A stretch of 64,000 nt of DNA, from assembly GCA_051546255.1 (NCBI GenBank), contig CP128815.1:1984001-2048000 (forward strand), written 5' to 3'. Numbering within the stretch: the first letter of the stretch is position 1; each line of letters opens with the position of its first letter. This stretch comes from Meyerozyma guilliermondii (lineage: Eukaryota). Positions 39,873 to 51,276 of the stretch are shown piece after piece. The position numbers were made by a program, and so were the translations under genes. The notes beneath the pieces are model-generated. The model saw nothing but the letters and a program-made list of their open reading frames with translations. It had not been told where the DNA came from and made no database searches.

Positions 39873-42800
39873 TTATGGCTTGGTGGTATATTTAGTGCTC
39901 TTGTGAGTAGGAGTGTTGGTCCAGAACGTGTGCAGACTCATGTAAGCCTTGCCCACAGTAGTACCAGTGTCATTGTTTTCAACGTGTCTTGGTTGGAACA
40001 ATCCAGCAAAAGTACCCTTCAACGATTTACCCAAGTCTTCTGGTACAAGAGTGGTGTTACCAATAGCAGCAGGTGCAGCAATAAGTGCAACAAAGATAAC
40101 CAAAATCAAAAAGTAAAGAGTACAGTATCTTCTCACCATTCTCTTTCTCAACTTGGCCTGCTTCAATGAGTAGATTGGGGGTCTGATCAATCTGGAAGGT
40201 TTCAACCAGAACAACATGGTCGAATGCCATCTGTCAATCAATGGAATACAGATGATAGGCAATTGCACAAACAAGATGATGTGTGCCAAAATAAAGTCTC
40301 CGGCAAACTCCGACATTTCAATAACCTTGGCACAGAATTCACGAGCTGGTTGTGTGAAGGCCATCCATCCCAAACCAGATCCGTACCATTTACCGGTCCA
40401 GAAAGCTTGGTTAGATTTATCGTTCTTGAACTCTCTGGTCAAGAAGCAAATCGTCAAGAACTTGAACAACAATCTTTGGATGTAAACCATGGTACAAAGA
40501 CCCAACAACATTCTAGCAAAGTTGAAGCCTTCCAAGACCCACATGACAATGAAAAAGACCAAGTGCACAACAACGGCAATACCATGAGCAACACCGGCAA
40601 TCACAGAACCAGTCTTCTTGCAGCACAATCCCAATAATGGACCTGCGCAACAAGCGAGACCAAGACATCCTGCCAAAACACCGAGATCAATAACGACAGG
40701 AGCCAAAGAACAAATCACAACTCTCAACACAGAGTTGACCTCAGTAGGACTACCCTCACCATTTGGTCCCCTTCTTACACCAGTCTGAGCGTTGATGAAA
40801 GTGTAGGCAACGAAAAGACCGGCAGTGTAGATCAAAGTGGGCAAAAAGTCGGCAAAGAAAACGTTGGATCTGTGTGCTCTGGAAGCATCACCAGCACCCT
40901 TCTCCGATACATCGCCAGTCAACTTTCTCTTGAAACCAGTGACACGAGATCTGGAAAGACGAGCGTAACCAATCCAAGAGTTTCTATGCCACTTGGAGTT
41001 ACCACGGGATAACCATCTGATAAAGTCACGGTAATCGATGAAGAAATCTTCCCAAGAAAATTGATGAGGGTTGAAGATAAATGGTGAGAACATCAATGAT
41101 GACAACGATGCCCAGAACCACAACAATGGAGCTTGCCAGTGGGAAACAGTTCCGAACAACAAAATCAACATAGATCTTGAACCCATGTAAATCGATGAAT
41201 CAGCAAAACGGGAGTACAATATGGAGAATGGAATACGAGAAGTGGCGAAACCTCTACCAGTGGAGATATATCTGGCACCACCAACAGTCAAATCAGTAAT
41301 CAATGAAGTCGAGTAGATTTGAGCAACGAACACTTCGAACATTGGCGACAACGAGATAAGATGGCGACAGAATCTTTGAGCTGCCTTCAAAACACCTCTT
41401 TCAATCAATTCTTGAACCACCAATGGGATGAACGCAATGAAGAACACAATGAAAATAGACAATGTGTAACGTCTAATCCAGTCAACCGCGGGGGCAAAGT
41501 TGTAACAACCGTAAGGATATAACACATCGGTGATAGGGGTGTTTCTGTTGTAGGAACAGATAATGGATTCGTGAGCCAATGCGTTCAAGTTAGCCAACAC
41601 CAACATGAAAACTTGCAAAGATAATTGAATGAACAAGTTGTTAATATGGAAACCTGGATGACCGTAGAAGAAGGACAAAAATCTGTCCAAAGGAAGCTGA
41701 GTCGACAAGTAGTAATATTCACGAGACAACATCTGTTCTCCCATACCAGCACCAATCTTGGTTGTGAAATTCAAAATGGATCCGAAACCCATATCTCTAC
41801 CCTTACCACACTGGTAGTATTCACAGTGCTTGATTCTACCACCTCTTAACATAGCAGTCATACCAGCATAAATATCTTCGTTCAAATGCAATCCTTTTTG
41901 TCCCTTAGAAACACCTCCTCTGGTGAACATATAAGTGGCATTCAAGAAATCAGGATGTCCATAATGCAATTTACCACCAATTTGTGCCAAAGTTCTTGCG
42001 AAAAGGGTACCGAATGTTTGTTCCTTACCAGCAGCGACATCACCCAAGACACCAGAGTTCTCTGAGAAAATGTATTCACGAGCACCCAAGATAGCAACAG
42101 GGGCATTGTTTCCAGTTTTGACATCAGTCTTCAAGTTGGGAGCATATGGGTTAATTTGTTCAACGTTCAATTCTTCGAATTCGGCCAACACAGATCTGAT
42201 CTTCAAACATTCTTCCAAGTAGTTGTCTTGATTGGCATCAATCAATTGAATGTACTCACCACGGTGGAAAATCAAAGCATGATTTTGGTTATCAGACTTA
42301 CCATCACCCAAAATTGGGTTACCAGACAATTGCACTCTAAACTTAGGACGACGTCTACCATTCTCCAAAATTTCACAGTGACCATCAATCAAAGCGGAAT
42401 AGATTCTTGGATCTTCCTCTTCGGATAAGGCAGGCTCTTCGTCTAAGTAAGCGATTTGCAAGTCAGGGTAAGCACGTAACAAAAATTCAGCATTCTCCAT
42501 CTCCCAGTCTTCAAACTTGGCCAATCTTTGCATTGAAACAACAAACTTGAATTTTCTTCTTGCCATTCTCTCCAATGCGAGTTCAAGGCCCTCTGGGTCT
42601 CCACCGAAATATTGAACCAATTCTGGATTCTCAACACGGTACAACAATTTGATGGCTCTGGCATAGTTCATGAAACCGGAAACGGTACGGTACAAGGTTT
42701 GGGATCTCAAGGAAGCCCAAATACGGGTTCTCAATGTATACTCAGGAGCAGCAGACTTGAAACCAATACAGTAGAATGGCAAATCATCAATCTTAGATTT

Positions 42801-45521
42801 GAGGCCATCTTCAGACTCTTTGTCGACACCTTCACCTTCGAAAGCAGCAGTTTCTTCCGCCAAAATTTTGGTGTCCTTGACAAAACAGTCCCATTCAACT
42901 GGGTGCAATTGTTTCAAATATTCTAACAAGGTAACACGGGAGAATTGGTCATCCTCTCTAATAATCTCTCTTAAAGACAATAAAATTCTTTCAGAGTAGT
43001 GAGGAGTAAACACAGTAAAGGTAGGCATGTTGTCAACTGGCAATGGTTCCAAGATTGGTGTAGCCAAGGATTGAGCAAAGAAAGAGATACGTCTCTCAGC
43101 TTCAGAGTTTCTTGGGAAGAACTCCGTCTCGAAGTTATTGTCATCCTGAGAAACGAAGAAAGTTGGAGCTCTCAAAGTTCTCTTACCCTCAATTTCAGAT
43201 GGAACTTGGTGGTACAACAACTTTTGAACGTGATCAATAGCCAACAAATGTTCTCTGTACATGGAAATCACAATAGCATTCCAGATTTGAGAGATCAAAA
43301 CCTTTGGTTTGTACTTAATCTCCATCTCAGTGGTAGCCAAAATCTTAGAGTAGATTCTCTTTGGAAGTCTTGTGAAAATGTTTCTCCAAGGTGTCAAGAT
43401 AGAAATACCCAAATAGAATGAACGTCCAATGGAAAACACACAGTTACAAATAATGTACCACATGTAGGTATCCAAAAAGAACAATAACAAGTCCACAAGG
43501 TACATCAAACCCAAAACAACCTTAGCTTGGTGTTTACACAATTTGTCACCGAACCAGACTTCACCGACACATCTCATGTTAGCGGTAGACAAGTTTCTGA
43601 TAGGATCTCTCAAGGACAAAGCCATAAAGAAATAAGACTCGATGTACTTGGCAAAGAACACAAGAACCCACATTAAATAAGATAACCACATGTCTAAGCC
43701 AGTCAACTTGTTGAAGTTAGCAGTGAAGGTTTGAGAAGCCAAATATCTTCTTGATCTTCTGTTCATATAACTTGTGAACAAACCACCCAAAGGCATAACG
43801 GCAAAGAATACAATCGTGGCAATACCAATGAAGAACCCAACAATCGAAACCACTAGCGCTGCTTTTGACTTTGCAGCCAAGCCAGCGTAGTAGAATGTGA
43901 AAACAATTGGGGCCAAGTTAACCACGAAGATAATAATGAGGAACATCAAACGACGAGTCAAATGTTGAGCACCAGCCCATTCTCTGGGAACGAACATCCA
44001 CTCACACACCGTTGCAGCAATTTGAATGAACGCAGCCAATACACCAGCGATAGCAGCGGCCGCCCATCTCGATGAAGCAAGAGGCTGATTGTTAACAGTT
44101 TGAACATAATGGAGGGTGTACAACGTTGGGGAGTTGTAAGCAGTATACATCCAGTAGACAGTACCGTGGATGATCCAGATTCTGTTGAAGTTAGTGATAA
44201 GATGCAACCAAGTTCTAATTTCCTTGTAAGTCTTAAAGAAGACATTGTGCCATTCGACCTCACCAAATCTCAAGTAACGCTCTTCAGGTGGAACGTCAAT
44301 CAATCTAGTACCATCTTCAAAGATAATTCTTGAAATACCTTCTGGGTACCAGAACAACTGGTTAACATCATCGTAACCAATCACCTTGTTGTGATCCTTT
44401 TCACGCTTGACCAAACGGCCCTCGTAGATTTCGTAAACTTGAGATCTAAAGAATCGGTACAAAGGTGTGATGACACGATTCAAGTAATCACCTTCTGGAA
44501 CAGGTTCTTGTCTTTGTTGACATTGAGGAGACATCAAGTAATCGAATGCCGTTTTGTAGATGTAACAAATTGCTTCAGGAGTAAATCTAACTTGATTGGC
44601 TTCACCCCACAACAACAAATACAAAGCAATGTCTCTAATTCTCTCTTCAGGAGACAAAGAGTTCATCTTGGCTTTCCATCTAATTTCTGCGGCTTCCAAA
44701 GAGTAGTCGCCTTCTAATTCATTAGCCAAAGCGTCAATGTCCTGGCCATGTTCCTCGACTGCCTTTCTTGCCTTCTTGGACTTCTTGGATGCCTTTCTAG
44801 CTTTCTTACCAACCTTTCCCATTTTCATGTTGGCAAAACCAATTGATTCATCCAAGTCCTGTTGCGAAGCAAAATACCACTTTTTGTAGTTGGCGTTTTC
44901 ACCTCCAATGTAATCCGCGTGTAAACTCAATAAGGCTTGGGCGGGAGACATACGCGAGGATCTAGAGTCCAATAAGGTCATAAAGTAGTCGAACATATTT
45001 CTCATCGAATCTCTTTGGAAACCAAACTTGTTGGCCAAGTCGATGAAAATATCCTCAATATGCTCTACTTTAACTGGTGCTTGCGCATCGGCAGACCAAG
45101 CAGGGTAAGGCATGCTGGAAGAAATTTGAAATTGGGTTGGATCGTAGTTTCCACCTGCTCCACCGTAGATGGGCGTAGAAGCACCAGACGATCTGGGACC
45201 ACCATAACTCATCTGAGAAGGAGTAAACTGGGTACCGTATTGGTCGTAACCAGGAGTACCTGGAGTTTGACCCCCGTAACTGAAATCAGAAAACGCTTCA
45301 GGATCAGCGTTATATCCTTGTTGAGGAATCTGTTGACCCTGATAGTTGGGATCTTGGTACCCGTCCATGTCATAAGGCTGTTGTTGATATTGCATGTTAG
45401 GGTCATAGTATTCCTGATGTGGTTGTTGGTTCATATCATCATAAGGTTGTTGTTGATAATAACCATCATTACCCATCGGCTGATTCGGGTCATAATAGTT
45501 GTGATTATTATCGTACGACAT
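39873..45521 (-). CDS. FKS1: 1,3-beta-glucan synthase catalytic subunit (GT48), 1882 aa
   Basis: Full-length Fks with [27 protein letters not shown] and LNEDIYAG. Hot spot 1 is FMALSLRDP and hot spot 2 is DWIRRYTL. Strong high-expression codon bias (Candida GSC1 type). Confidence 0.98.
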   Translation of the reverse strand: MSYDNNHNYYDPNQPMGNDGYYQQQPYDDMNQQPHQEYYDPNMQYQQQPYDMDGYQDPNYQGQQIPQQGYNADPEAFSDFSYGGQTPGTPGYDQYGTQFTPSQMSYGGPRSSGASTPIYGGAGGNYDPTQFQISSSMPYPAWSADAQAPVKVEHIEDIFIDLANKFGFQRDSMRNMFDYFMTLLDSRSSRMSPAQALLSLHADYIGGENANYKKWYFASQQDLDESIGFANMKMGKVGKKARKASKKSKKARKAVEEHGQDIDALANELEGDYSLEAAEIRWKAKMNSLSPEERIRDIALYLLLWGEANQVRFTPEAICYIYKTAFDYLMSPQCQQRQEPVPEGDYLNRVITPLYRFFRSQVYEIYEGRLVKREKDHNKVIGYDDVNQLFWYPEGISRIIFEDGTRLIDVPPEERYLRFGEVEWHNVFFKTYKEIRTWLHLITNFNRIWIIHGTVYWMYTAYNSPTLYTLHYVQTVNNQPLASSRWAAAAIAGVLAAFIQIAATVCEWMFVPREWAGAQHLTRRLMFLIIIFVVNLAPIVFTFYYAGLAAKSKAALVVSIVGFFIGIATIVFFAVMPLGGLFTSYMNRRSRRYLASQTFTANFNKLTGLDMWLSYLMWVLVFFAKYIESYFFMALSLRDPIRNLSTANMRCVGEVWFGDKLCKHQAKVVLGLMYLVDLLLFFLDTYMWYIICNCVFSIGRSFYLGISILTPWRNIFTRLPKRIYSKILATTEMEIKYKPKVLISQIWNAIVISMYREHLLAIDHVQKLLYHQVPSEIEGKRTLRAPTFFVSQDDNNFETEFFPRNSEAERRISFFAQSLATPILEPLPVDNMPTFTVFTPHYSERILLSLREIIREDDQFSRVTLLEYLKQLHPVEWDCFVKDTKILAEETAAFEGEGVDKESEDGLKSKIDDLPFYCIGFKSAAPEYTLRTRIWASLRSQTLYRTVSGFMNYARAIKLLYRVENPELVQYFGGDPEGLELALERMARRKFKFVVSMQRLAKFEDWEMENAEFLLRAYPDLQIAYLDEEPALSEEEDPRIYSALIDGHCEILENGRRRPKFRVQLSGNPILGDGKSDNQNHALIFHRGEYIQLIDANQDNYLEECLKIRSVLAEFEELNVEQINPYAPNLKTDVKTGNNAPVAILGAREYIFSENSGVLGDVAAGKEQTFGTLFARTLAQIGGKLHYGHPDFLNATYMFTRGGVSKGQKGLHLNEDIYAGMTAMLRGGRIKHCEYYQCGKGRDMGFGSILNFTTKIGAGMGEQMLSREYYYLSTQLPLDRFLSFFYGHPGFHINNLFIQLSLQVFMLVLANLNALAHESIICSYNRNTPITDVLYPYGCYNFAPAVDWIRRYTLSIFIVFFIAFIPLVVQELIERGVLKAAQRFCRHLISLSPMFEVFVAQIYSTSLITDLTVGGARYISTGRGFATSRIPFSILYSRFADSSIYMGSRSMLILLFGTVSHWQAPLLWFWASLSSLMFSPFIFNPHQFSWEDFFIDYRDFIRWLSRGNSKWHRNSWIGYARLSRSRVTGFKRKLTGDVSEKGAGDASRAHRSNVFFADFLPTLIYTAGLFVAYTFINAQTGVRRGPNGEGSPTEVNSVLRVVICSLAPVVIDLGVLAGCLGLACCAGPLLGLCCKKTGSVIAGVAHGIAVVVHLVFFIVMWVLEGFNFARMLLGLCTMVYIQRLLFKFLTICFLTREFKNDKSNQAFWTGKWYGSGLGWMAFTQPAREFCAKVIEMSEFAGDFILAHIILFVQLPIICIPLIDRWHSTMLFWLKPSRLIRPPIYSLKQAKLRKRMVRRYCTLYFLILVIFVALIAAPAAIGNTTLVPEDLGKSLKGTFAGLFQPRHVENNDTGTTVGKAYMSLHTFWTNTPTHKSTKYTTKP

Positions 45522-46106
45522 CTGAGTTAGTAACGAAGGAGGGAGGTGTTTTTGGTTGTGATGCCGTCGGTGAATTTGGCACTTGCTCCCCTTAAGTAGG
45601 ACACGCTTTTCGCGAAAGAGAAAACCTTATATCTCGCCCAAAATAGAATCCGCACAGAAAAAGAAAAAAAAATGCGATCAAACTAAGACAGCAACCGAAC
45701 AATTTGGGAATTCTGAGGCGCTTAAAATCAGTTGGTCCCGTGCCACGAGACATGTGCCAACGGAGCGTAGAATCATAATCAGTAGAATACCACGAAACGT
45801 ACCAAATGATGTTCTTAAAGTTGGTGGTTGTCTTTTTGGGCATTTCTGCGGAATGATCTGCGCGAATCGACCCCTGAAGTCAGCTGAAGTCAGAGAAAAG
45901 GGGGAGGCGAGATTCACACAAACTGATCAAAACGAGCTTCAAGACTTCAAGCTAGCATGTAAAGCGTAGTTATAACACATTTAAAGCGTTTTCTGGCGTT
46001 TTCTGGCAATTTTTACGAAAGGCGGATATGGCGGAGCAGTGATGGATCATCAATCAGAAACGGAAACAATAAACAGGATGGTCTGTAGTAATAGAAGGAT
46101 ACTTAC
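45522..46106 (-). other. Predicted 5'UTR intron of FKS1 (585 nt)
   Basis: Minus strand reads TACTAAC-TCAG|ATG (branch 45526-45532, AG directly before the ATG). A GTAAGT donor sits at 46106, and the ~110 nt upstream of it has no ATG. Confidence 0.75.
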
Positions 46107-46264
46107 GTTGCAGTACTATAACAGTCTAAAGTCACAACTGTGTTAAACGAACGAACAAGTCAGTACAACTCAAAATCAACGAAATCACAAAGAAGAAAAT
46201 AACAGATATCACCCGTATGGGTTTTCGCACACCGCACACCCTGCCTCCGATCGAAAAAATTTCA

Positions 46265-46300
46265 ACGCGAAAGACACGACAGGTTGTGCGTGCGACGCGA
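46265..46300. promoter_or_regulatory. SCB/MCB-like G1/S elements upstream of FKS1 (ACGCGAAA 46265-46272; GACGCGA 46294-46300)
   Basis: Motif matches upstream of the predicted leader exon. FKS1 is an established G1/S-regulated gene in S. cerevisiae. Confidence 0.5.
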
Positions 46301-46894
46301 TTCTAGACTAGGGGGGTTCGGATTAGGAAGGTGAGGCTGTGGTCCTGAAAAATATGTCAAACGAGTTTTCAGGGTTTGGGGTTATTTGAAAAGCCAGGAA
46401 AAGGTGGGTGTTGTCTAGGGTATGTATGAGTGGATATGGAGTTTTTGGGGGTTTCAATTGGGGTTTTGGTGGTTATTGTTGCACATGGCGCTGCGCCTTT
46501 CCGGATAACAAAGGGGCGTATCCTGCAGGACGTCCCGAAAAAATAGGTTGTGTGCAGGTAGCCAGCCTAGTGTGTATGCAGCGTGTGCAATCGGCACGGT
46601 TACGCGCTCCTGCAGTCCATTAGACTTCCTGATTTGGAACTGACTAAGAAGCTGAAACAGATAGGCCACAGTAAAAGACGTACAAGAGAGTAAAAGAGTG
46701 TAGAAGAGTGAAATAGTGTACAATAGTGTCAAGAAGGTGCATCAGTAAGCAATTGCCAAACAAAATTTCAATTATTCTTCTCTTATTTCAATTTTACATT
46801 TTTCTCCAATTTCGCAATTTTCACGCTTGGCATACGTTTATCTACTTGGTTGTCTCTTGGTTATCTCTTGGTACTTATCGCCTCAATACATTCA

Positions 46895-49056
46895 CTAATC
46901 AGTCCATCCTAATTGATTCAACTCCTTTCTGATCTCATCCTCCTTCTTTATTTTTGACACTTGTGTATCTTCCAATGGCTCTCCCACCGCCTGCTTCATC
47001 TTCAAGGTCTCAATAGCTCTCAACTTTTTAAGCAAAGACCTGATTTTCTTCTCCTCAAGTGACGTTACACCTCCAACAACGGTGCCTCCCCCAATCTCAG
47101 TACCGTTTGTTTGAGTTGGAGCCGGAGATGGAGCCGGCGTCGATTCTGGGGTAGCTGATTTTTCATCTTGCTGCTGTTTCTTGGCCTCTCTCTTCTTTCT
47201 GTTCTTGGCAGCACTCTTGCTTTCCGGTTGAGCAGGTGCTGGGGCTCCGGGAACGAGTCCTGGTGGAGCTCCGGGAACATTTCTTCTCGCACCAGAGCCA
47301 AACGAAGACTCCATTTCCTTCTGATACAAGGTCGTTCTCAACGTAGAACTACCCGAGTTTCTAGCATGTGGAGGTCTGTAAGCACCTGCTGGCTTGGCAG
47401 CAGCCTGGGCTAGTTGGGCAGCCTTTTTCGCAGTATACTCTTTAGTGGATTCGTGCGCGGGAGGTGCTTCTTCCAATTGACGTAAAGCTGGGAAACTTTC
47501 AATTTTTTGAGGTTTCCAAGAAATAGAAAGGAGTTCTTGATACTCGCTCAAATAGATCAATTTTCCACTTGCATGCCAAACCTTGCACCCATTATCAACT
47601 CTCAATCTTGGCGATGTAGTCGCAGTAAGAATAAATCTTCCACAGGGCGACCATTCACATACAGATGTGTTAGATGCTTCAAACAGTGAAATCTTCTTAA
47701 ACTTGTTCTGACGGTCATAAACATCGACGGTTCCTTGCAAATTTCCAAATCCAGCCACAAGAACAAATCGGGCATGAGGACTGTACAAGATGGTATTACG
47801 AGGAGCAGTGGGCAACGAATGGATGGCATTTCCCCTTGCATCGAAAAATGTGGTCTCAGCGGGCATGTAACCATATATCACGGCGAATTCTCGTGCCGAG
47901 GGGGACCAGGTAATGTCATGAATAGGTCCTTCTCTTTTCAAGTCAATTCTCGAATCGTAAGATCCAGCAATTCCGAGTAAGTACAAGTTAGTTTCACCAT
48001 AATAAGACTGATTTGAAGTATCATGGTCTGTAGATGCCAATGCTAGTAATGCGGTACCAAGAGAGTTCCATTTGAGCTGGCATCTCTCGGCCTTGAAGAA
48101 ATTTTTCTGGCATATCGGCTGGCCAAAATTTGGAATATTGTAGATGGATACATTAGCTGGTTTGCCAGATTTTTCAGGAATGAAGATTGCAATCGAAGGG
48201 TTCAATCCAGGACTGATCTGGAAATTTTGGAATGGACTACTAGGGTCCGCAACCTTGTACTTGTAAGTTGGCTGGTTGACGTTAATTTCGGCATCCACGT
48301 TGGAAACATCGAACAAAAAAATTTCCTTGTTGTTCACGTTTTTGGCAAACAAATGCTCATCTTGTGTGAATTGGGGCTTCCATCCCGCCTGGTTCTTATT
48401 GGACCACTCACAAACAAACTTGTTAGCTTTGATGCTAAACACCTTGACATTTTTAGTCCATACTCCACTATCACGATCAAGCAAAACCGGCTTCGTCCAG
48501 AGACATAAATACGTTCCGTTGGGGGAGAAATGCAAATCAAACGTTTCTGCAATGTTTATTCTAGTTTGAAGGGGTGCTTCAACTGTAGTTTTCACCACCA
48601 CCACCTCATGGGGTTGTGTGTAAGCAAAATATTCTCCATTCCCAGAGTACAAGGCACACCGACACTCAACGGTGGGCTTGGGAAACGTCGTTATCTCCTG
48701 GTAGTCTTGTATTAAGTCAATTGACCGCGGTTGGCGACCTGGGTTAGTATTGATGAATATGGTGGTCGGGGACGGTACTTATTCAAAACACAACTTAAAG
48801 CCAAAACCACCATACCACAGTAACTCAGACCGTGAGTGGATGCTTGGATTTGCTTAATCGCGTTCGGAACCAACTTTTAACACGAAAAACCGGCGGTAGA
48901 ATCGTCTGCAAAAGTTGCTTTGCAATCCACGATAATTAAGCAAATCTCTTTTACGTTGCACACAAACCAGATTTACCAAGAAGTAGACTTGGTAGGTGTA
49001 TAGAAGTCCCGCTACCTTCTCTAATACTTACAAAAAAACTGCGTGCTGGCAGACAT
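46895..49056 (-). CDS. Translation initiation factor eIF2A (YGR054W-like); exons 49032-49056 and 46895-48738
   Basis: Exon 1 MSASTQFF-T|GTAAGT joins TACTAAC-CCAG|GT-CGC to give ...FFCRQPRSID... in frame with the ORF-track ORF. SYYGE, GFGNL, TTSPRLRVDNG, AYRPPHAR and KKLRAIE motifs. Confidence 0.93.
48739..49031 (-). other. Spliceosomal intron of eIF2A (293 nt) with multiple inverted repeats
   Basis: GTAAGT donor at 49031, TACTAAC-CCAG acceptor at 48739. Phase-1 splicing restores the reading frame. Confidence 0.9.
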
Positions 49057-49112
49057 CTTTATCGTTCTTTTAACGGCAATGGCTTTGCAGAGAAAAAAAC
49101 CGTCGACAGACG

Positions 49113-49120
49113 CACGTGAC
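49113..49120. promoter_or_regulatory. Cbf1 E-box CACGTGAC upstream of eIF2A
   Basis: Perfect match about 57 bp upstream of the inferred ATG at 49056. Confidence 0.5.
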
Positions 49121-49183
49121 CGGTGCAGTGGTCTGCCAAAGATGAAAAGTATGAAAAGATGGTTTTAGTATCTATGTTTATGA

Positions 49184-50215
49184 CTATTTATCGACCTCCC
49201 CGAACAGATAATGACCAGTCTCGTTGGCGTGCCGAGAAGCACCGGTTTCACCCACCAGAATCTTATAACATTCCAAACATCGCACTCTAAAAGTTGTCGT
49301 ATTGGTGGTGTAATTTTGAGTTTGGAGCTTCTTACACAACTCATGAACTCCAGTTTCGACCTTTTGCTCTACTGGAGAGTCAATTGCAAATTTGCAAACA
49401 TCATCGGGTCGATGTTGCAGACTAAGCACTTTGTTCAAAGCAATAACGTCATAGTGCACACCCAGGTAAACTAAGTAAATCGAACACTCAGCCTTCAACG
49501 CTCCGTCAGATTCATCCTGGAACCGAATGATACTGCCCAGTTCAATATCTATGCAATTGATCCTTATTTGAAAATGTTTAGCAAGAATGCCTAGTTCGAT
49601 GGCTCCACCCCAAGCATTTTTAGTTTGGATCCATTCGATGTATTTCTCGACGGGACGGCCTAGTACTAGTTCATCGTACTGAAATGGGTCAGCAGTTAAT
49701 GCGGCAGCAATGATTTTTCGTAATTTTGACGGAGGACAAGTGCCATTGGGTTTATAGGAATCAGGTCCATAAATGCAATAAGCCAATGCATTGAACATAC
49801 AAGAGTTGTCGTCAGGAATGTTGCGTAGTATGAGATGCTCTGGCGACAAAAATACCGACGGAATTGTTTCCGACTGAAAACTGGAGGTGGAGGCAGTGCC
49901 AACAGAACTTGAATTCGTGTCCATTTTTGCCATAGGTTCGTTCGTGATTTTTGCCCCAGATTCCTTTGTGGTACCAAAACTAACGAGCAACAGGTCGCCG
50001 TTCTTTATACCAGCCTTTTCGAGCGACAAGTCATGGTTGGTGTGATCCACCAGTTTCGGAGGGAAACCTTGTTTGATCGAAACTACATCATTTTGTGGGG
50101 AAAAATTAAGTTTTTCTGACTTCTTGATGGCCCTCAACAACCCTGCAACATCCACGGAGTCATTATCTAGGTTTATAATGTCGTTTCCAGAACTTGATCG
50201 TACTCGAAGTCTCAT
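49184..50215 (-). CDS. OTU1: OTU-family deubiquitinase with UBX-like N-terminus and C2H2 finger
   Basis: GFPPK, catalytic PDDNSC, WGGAIEL, YS(CTG)GVHYD and CLEC...HANETGH. ATG at 50215. Confidence 0.94.
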   Translation of the reverse strand: MRLRVRSSSGNDIINLDNDSVDVAGLLRAIKKSEKLNFSPQNDVVSIKQGFPPKLVDHTNHDLSLEKAGIKNGDLLLVSFGTTKESGAKITNEPMAKMDTNSSSVGTASTSSFQSETIPSVFLSPEHLILRNIPDDNSCMFNALAYCIYGPDSYKPNGTCPPSKLRKIIAAALTADPFQYDELVLGRPVEKYIEWIQTKNAWGGAIELGILAKHFQIRINCIDIELGSIIRFQDESDGALKAECSIYLVYLGVHYDVIALNKVLSLQHRPDDVCKFAIDSPVEQKVETGVHELCKKLQTQNYTTNTTTFRVRCLECYKILVGETGASRHANETGHYLFGEVDK

Positions 50216-50453
50216 GCCTGAGTAATGAGAAATGAAGATGCGGGAGTATGTACAGGAGCGACGGAATAAGAACAGACAAAAAGAAGAAAACAAAAGGAAA
50301 GATGATCAACCGAAGTCGAAATCACACAAGAAGAACAAACCTCAATTGAATTCTTCATTCAAACTTACAATTCTTTGACTCGTTCCTCATTTCTTTCTTT
50401 TCTCCACTTTCTATCTTTCCCTTGTCTCCTTTCTTTCTCCTTCTGTTCTCTCC

Positions 50454-50897
50454 CTACTCCTCCATTTCGTCCGCGGGATGTACAGTGAGAATTTCATCCA
50501 ATGACTTGTTCTTCTGTGCTTTCAAAGCATCCAATTCCGCAGCATTTTCCTTATTTGCTGCCTCCAATTGCTTGTATTTTTCCACCGACTCGGTAAACTT
50601 TTCCATATTAAGTCCCGCAGCTGCCTCGGCTTCCAAATTGGTGTACGGCCTATTACGGAGCTCCTTTGCTCGACGCTTGTGGACTTTACTCTTGGTATGG
50701 CGATCCAATGCTGGTTGAGTCTCACAATATTTCGCGCATTCTATGCAATAATATTGCCCCAAACCTGGCTTAGTTTCGTCCAAAGGTTGGTTTTTTAATC
50801 TCCTTATAGAGTCTGCGGACGAAAGGTCATTGTATATAAGATCGAGATCTCTCGTTCTCCGCTTGGTTTTATACCTTTTAACACTGTAGCGACCCAT
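50454..50897 (-). CDS. BUD20: C2H2 zinc-finger pre-60S export factor (ZNF593 ortholog)
   Basis: MGRYSVKRYKTKRRTRDLD and PGLGQYYCIECAKY...HTKSKVHKRR. ATG at 50897. Confidence 0.95.
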   Translation of the reverse strand: MGRYSVKRYKTKRRTRDLDLIYNDLSSADSIRRLKNQPLDETKPGLGQYYCIECAKYCETQPALDRHTKSKVHKRRAKELRNRPYTNLEAEAAAGLNMEKFTESVEKYKQLEAANKENAAELDALKAQKNKSLDEILTVHPADEMEE

Positions 50898-50915
50898 GAT
50901 GGAGAATACTGCGAT

Positions 50916-50994
50916 GCGATGAGCATCGCCTAAATCGCGGCAACTGCATACAACCACAAGCACAAAAGAATTTCACGGTCACGGCACACGTGAC
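50916..50994. promoter_or_regulatory. Divergent BUD20/RPL10 promoter: PAC GCGATGAG (50916-50923) and Cbf1 CACGTGAC (50987-50994)
   Basis: PAC lies next to the ribosome-biogenesis gene and the E-box lies toward the ribosomal-protein gene, as expected. Confidence 0.6.
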
Positions 50995-51073
50995 GCTCTG
51001 TTTTGTGTCACCTTTCGCATGACAAACTTTTCCTTCAAAAAAGTGCGCTAACTAGTTACGAACTACATCAAGG

Positions 51074-51272
51074 GTATGTTAAAAACAACACAAAATGGAC
51101 TTTTACAGAGAAAATAAGCTGGAAACATAGACAAGTGAATACGCTGAATACAATTCTGGTTTCAAATTTTTGTTTGCTATTTTCCTGACTAATTGGTGGC
51201 AATAGTGTCAATTAGTAATCACTATAAAAGGCGCACATTTTCTCATTCCCCAAATTTTATACTAACATTCAG
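51074..51272 (+). other. 5'UTR intron of RPL10 (199 nt)
   Basis: GTATGT donor at 51074, TACTAAC at 51260-51266, CAG ending at 51272 and ATG at 51277. Confidence 0.85.
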
Positions 51273-51276
51273 AAAA

